Source of the DNA: Dimorphilus gyrociliatus
Lineage: Eukaryota; Animalia; Annelida
NCBI GenBank assembly: GCA_904063045.1
Contig: CAJFCJ010000011.1
Location: 992,001 to 1,056,000 of the forward strand
DNA: 64,000 bases
Reading direction: 5' to 3'
The position numbers were made by a program, and so were the translations under genes. Under the pieces are notes generated by a model. The model made no database searches and had not been told where the DNA came from. It saw nothing but the letters and a program-made list of their open reading frames with translations. Positions 60,861 through 64,000 of this stretch are shown here, one piece after another; position 1 is the first letter of the stretch; each line of letters begins with the position of its first letter.

Positions 60861-63282
60861 ACAACAGTTACGTCTTACTACTAGTAAAAAACAAGAAAAG
60901 TAAAAACAGTACCCGGCTAATATGAAATCTAACGCTTATTACATTAAATTTTCTGGGTCGAAGAAAGGATGCCTGTAAGAATATGTTTAAATTTCCTTCA
61001 TTTTTTTTTATTTTATACATTAGACGCTTCTTTCTTCTATTTATCTTGTTAAACACGATCAATTATCTTGATCTAACTATTGAGAAACTCAATATTTTTC
61101 ATAAATAATCTCTCTTTTCTTAAGAAACAAATGAATGCTACTTAAATAAATGATGAATACAAGGAATTAGTTGATCAGTTAGACGCGTTGATTTTTTAAT
61201 CTTCAGCAAAAAGATTTTAAAAAATTAGAAATTTTCCATAGAAATAGTGTAATATTACCTTTTTAATTAGATGACATATTAAGTTATGTCATCTTATTGA
61301 TTGAAGATGGTTTAGGATGCAAAATTTCAAAATAAAATAGCAGACTGCGGCTTCCTATAGATGTCGTTACGGTAGTTTCTTTCGACACCTGCCAACTAGA
61401 AGAAAGCACATTAGTAATAGAGGATATATAATAGACGCTTATTGACGTATTCTCATCATATTTTCAGGTTTGTATATAAATAGTCATTGTCTTAACAGAT
61501 ATATCAAGGCTATTTTTATGACTTTCTTGGTTGTTATTTTTTATGTATGAAAGATGAGAACGTTTTAATTTTAAGATTTTTATTCCATTTTATTGAAAGA
61601 ATATGTAAATGTAAGTAATTTTATTCAGGCTATGTCCACGCCCATGTATAATATAAGCACGCTTTTAATGTACACCTATAAAAAAAAACATCGCGCACAT
61701 ATTCTTGACGCATTTAATCATACATACCACACCCGCTTTGCTGCGGATAAAAAGACAGACTGCAAAGAGTAAGCAACCTCAGCCAAAAGGACTTTTATTA
61801 CTGTTTGAACCGGTGTGTATTAGTAGCGTTGTATGAATTTGAGATATCAATCTGTAATAATGTTAATCTGAGAGAAAAATAATATATAATCGCTATAAAA
61901 GAAGGATACTTAAATGTTGCCTTCCAGTGTTAAACGGAACCTAATAAGGTATAAAGATGCAAAGCGCTTTCTATCGTTGTTTTTAATTATTAAGAATAAT
62001 GTGAAAGCATTTCATTTACACATGTAGTTATTTTTCTTGCTTTCAATGTCTTTAAGCATAATCTGCATAAATGTGTGTCGCTTGTTAAGCATATATGCAA
62101 TATGCTGATTATCATATAAGATGGGAACATAGTATACAATATATACACATACATGTATGTATGTGTGCAATAGTTTCTATAGTACATAATTAATAGAGCT
62201 GATATGCAGAATATCTATATTTAATGCAAGTAGTATATATATATATACATTTATAGATTCATGTATATAAATTTTGGTAATGAGACTTTCTTCATTGTTT
62301 TTAATTAAATAAAAATCATATTTTTGTATACCCAAGAACTAAAAGAAGCTACTTTCAAGTATCTATTGTTTTCTTCTTATTTTCATATTCTAAATATATT
62401 TTCTTTATAAACAAAACACCTATTTTTCATTACAAACATATCATTTTTTGCTTTGTCATCATCTTCAATTTTATGCTCGTCATTTACTTGTAACTTGATT
62501 TAGTTACCTAACGGTTAAATTTAATTTTAAACCCAGTCCTTTTTTCATCATGTTTCTCTTTTCTCATATTCTTCTATTCTGTTTTTTTTATTCATTTAAT
62601 ATTCAAGATTTCCAAAATTGAAATAAAAAAGTCATGTGATCATAAAAAATGCAAAATATTCATAATGAATATTTCTTATTAAAGAAACATATAAGCCTTT
62701 AATGTTGTCGTTTTATCGCTTCAAAGAATTTTAATCATAAAAATTTGACTTGTTGCGGCACTGTTTAGTTCACTATATTGCTTATGCATGCTAAGCTCAA
62801 ACATTCATCTTCGACGCTTTTAATATGCTTACAGTTTTTTCAATTCACAAATTATGTTATTTATTAATTAATGCTTTTCAACTCAAATTGAAAAAAAAGA
62901 GAAAATACGAAAACGTTAAAGATAAAAGAGACGTTTGGAAGAAAAGTTTTACAGTTTTCATCAAACGCCTGAGAAAAAATTATTTAACAAAGAAATAAAG
63001 CAAAAAAAATTAATCGGCTACTTAAGTCTCTTTTTTTTTTAAAAAAAAAGCAAGAAATCTCTTTGTAAAAATCATTATGGGCGTTCTACGAGGCAGGAAT
63101 GACAGTGAAGCTCTGGAATTTTCGGGTAAATAAACCTTAAAATCTTAGATTTCCAAATCGATTAAGCGATAAATGTATAGCCTTCAACTACAATTTGTAA
63201 AAGAAAAAAGACATTCATTATTCTTTTAGTTGCTTGAAATTAAGTTTCCATTGCGCTAAAAAGACTATTGTTAAAAGATTGT

Positions 63283-63525
63283 TTATTTTGGACAATTTGT
63301 AAAAAAAAGAAAAGGAATGTTTAAGCTCAGAAGTTTTAAACTAATGGATATTTCTTGTTGACTCTTTAAGTAATCAGGGAAGAAGGAGACGTTTCCGAAA
63401 TGACACCGATTAATTAGTATAGCAGAAGAAATTACAAAGAGCATGACTATTAAGAAAATGACCATTTGCCATTTTGTTTTCTCTTTCGTAAACGCTAAAT
63501 TATTAATTAATTCTTCTTTATTCAA
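63283..63525 (-). CDS. Possible small membrane protein or first exon of a type II membrane protein
   Basis: ATG-initiated 80-aa ORF with one strong hydrophobic segment (MVIFLIVMLFVISSAILI); downstream exons could not be resolved. Confidence 0.35.
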   Translation of the reverse strand: MNKEELINNLAFTKEKTKWQMVIFLIVMLFVISSAILINRCHFGNVSFFPDYLKSQQEISISLKLLSLNIPFLFFTNCPK

Positions 63526-64000
63526 TTTTTTAAATTTTCCATTCGATTTGACTTTTTATTCTAATTGATATTTTCACTTCAAAATATTAGTATTTTTGCT
63601 ATAGATGGCGCCTGTTTCTCTTTATCAAAAACTTGGAAACGTTATCGATTTAAACTCAATTAACTATCGAATTTGGAATGCGTCCCATATATATGAATAT
63701 GAGTTGATTGTTTGTAATTAGAATAGTCGACATTCTCTTTACAATTTAAGTTCTATTATACTCAATAATAGTATCGTTCCTCTTAAATCGTCTATGGAAT
63801 TCTGGGTAAGTTCAATACTGCAAATAATTAAAAAGATACCTATTAGCGACGAATAAATGCAAATAGATAGATGCCACTTAAATAATCGACTACCAATTCT
63901 TTCACAACATGACTAATACAGCTTTCTATTCAGTATGCTTAATAAATATAATGGCGACGTTATATAAGACGTATCATCAAACTATTTATAGTCGAATAAC

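Noticed and set aside
1-64000. CRISPR arrays, prokaryotic operons or intact transposons
   Set aside because: The sequence is spliceosomal-intron-containing animal DNA; no repeat-spacer arrays, transposase or reverse transcriptase ORFs were seen.

Overview
AT-rich animal genomic DNA with very short GT-AG introns (many about 50-70 nt). The gene content and compaction suggest a miniaturised lophotrochozoan such as the annelid Dimorphilus gyrociliatus (inference only). Genes reconstructed by hand, in order: a secreted PAN/apple protein with an unnamed domain (-); RIM/unc-10 (+); a 142-aa orphan (-); an SLC6 amino-acid transporter (+); a reticulocalbin/CREC protein (+); C2orf50/CIMIP5 (+); a giant DEG/ENaC channel (+); an HPGD-like SDR (-); a single-RRM/RGG protein (+); three small basic orphans; an intron-containing tRNA-Lys(UUU); an SLC16/MCT transporter (+); and a tandem death-domain protein (+). 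The standout is in the SLC6 gene. Three tandem paralogous phase-0 exons (29340-29477, 29989-30126, 30653-30784) each encode the second half of TM8 plus TM9, so they look mutually exclusive. They place Leu, Gln or Gly at the substrate-pocket position equivalent to LeuT I359/SERT G442, and they are flanked by complementary GC-rich intronic elements resembling docking/selector RNA pairings. Second is the DEG/ENaC channel, which carries a PAN-MAM-kringle-LDLa-MAM-LDLa-MAM-MAM cassette in its finger domain and a large helical insert at the knuckle. All calls are manual; no database searches or folding programs were run.
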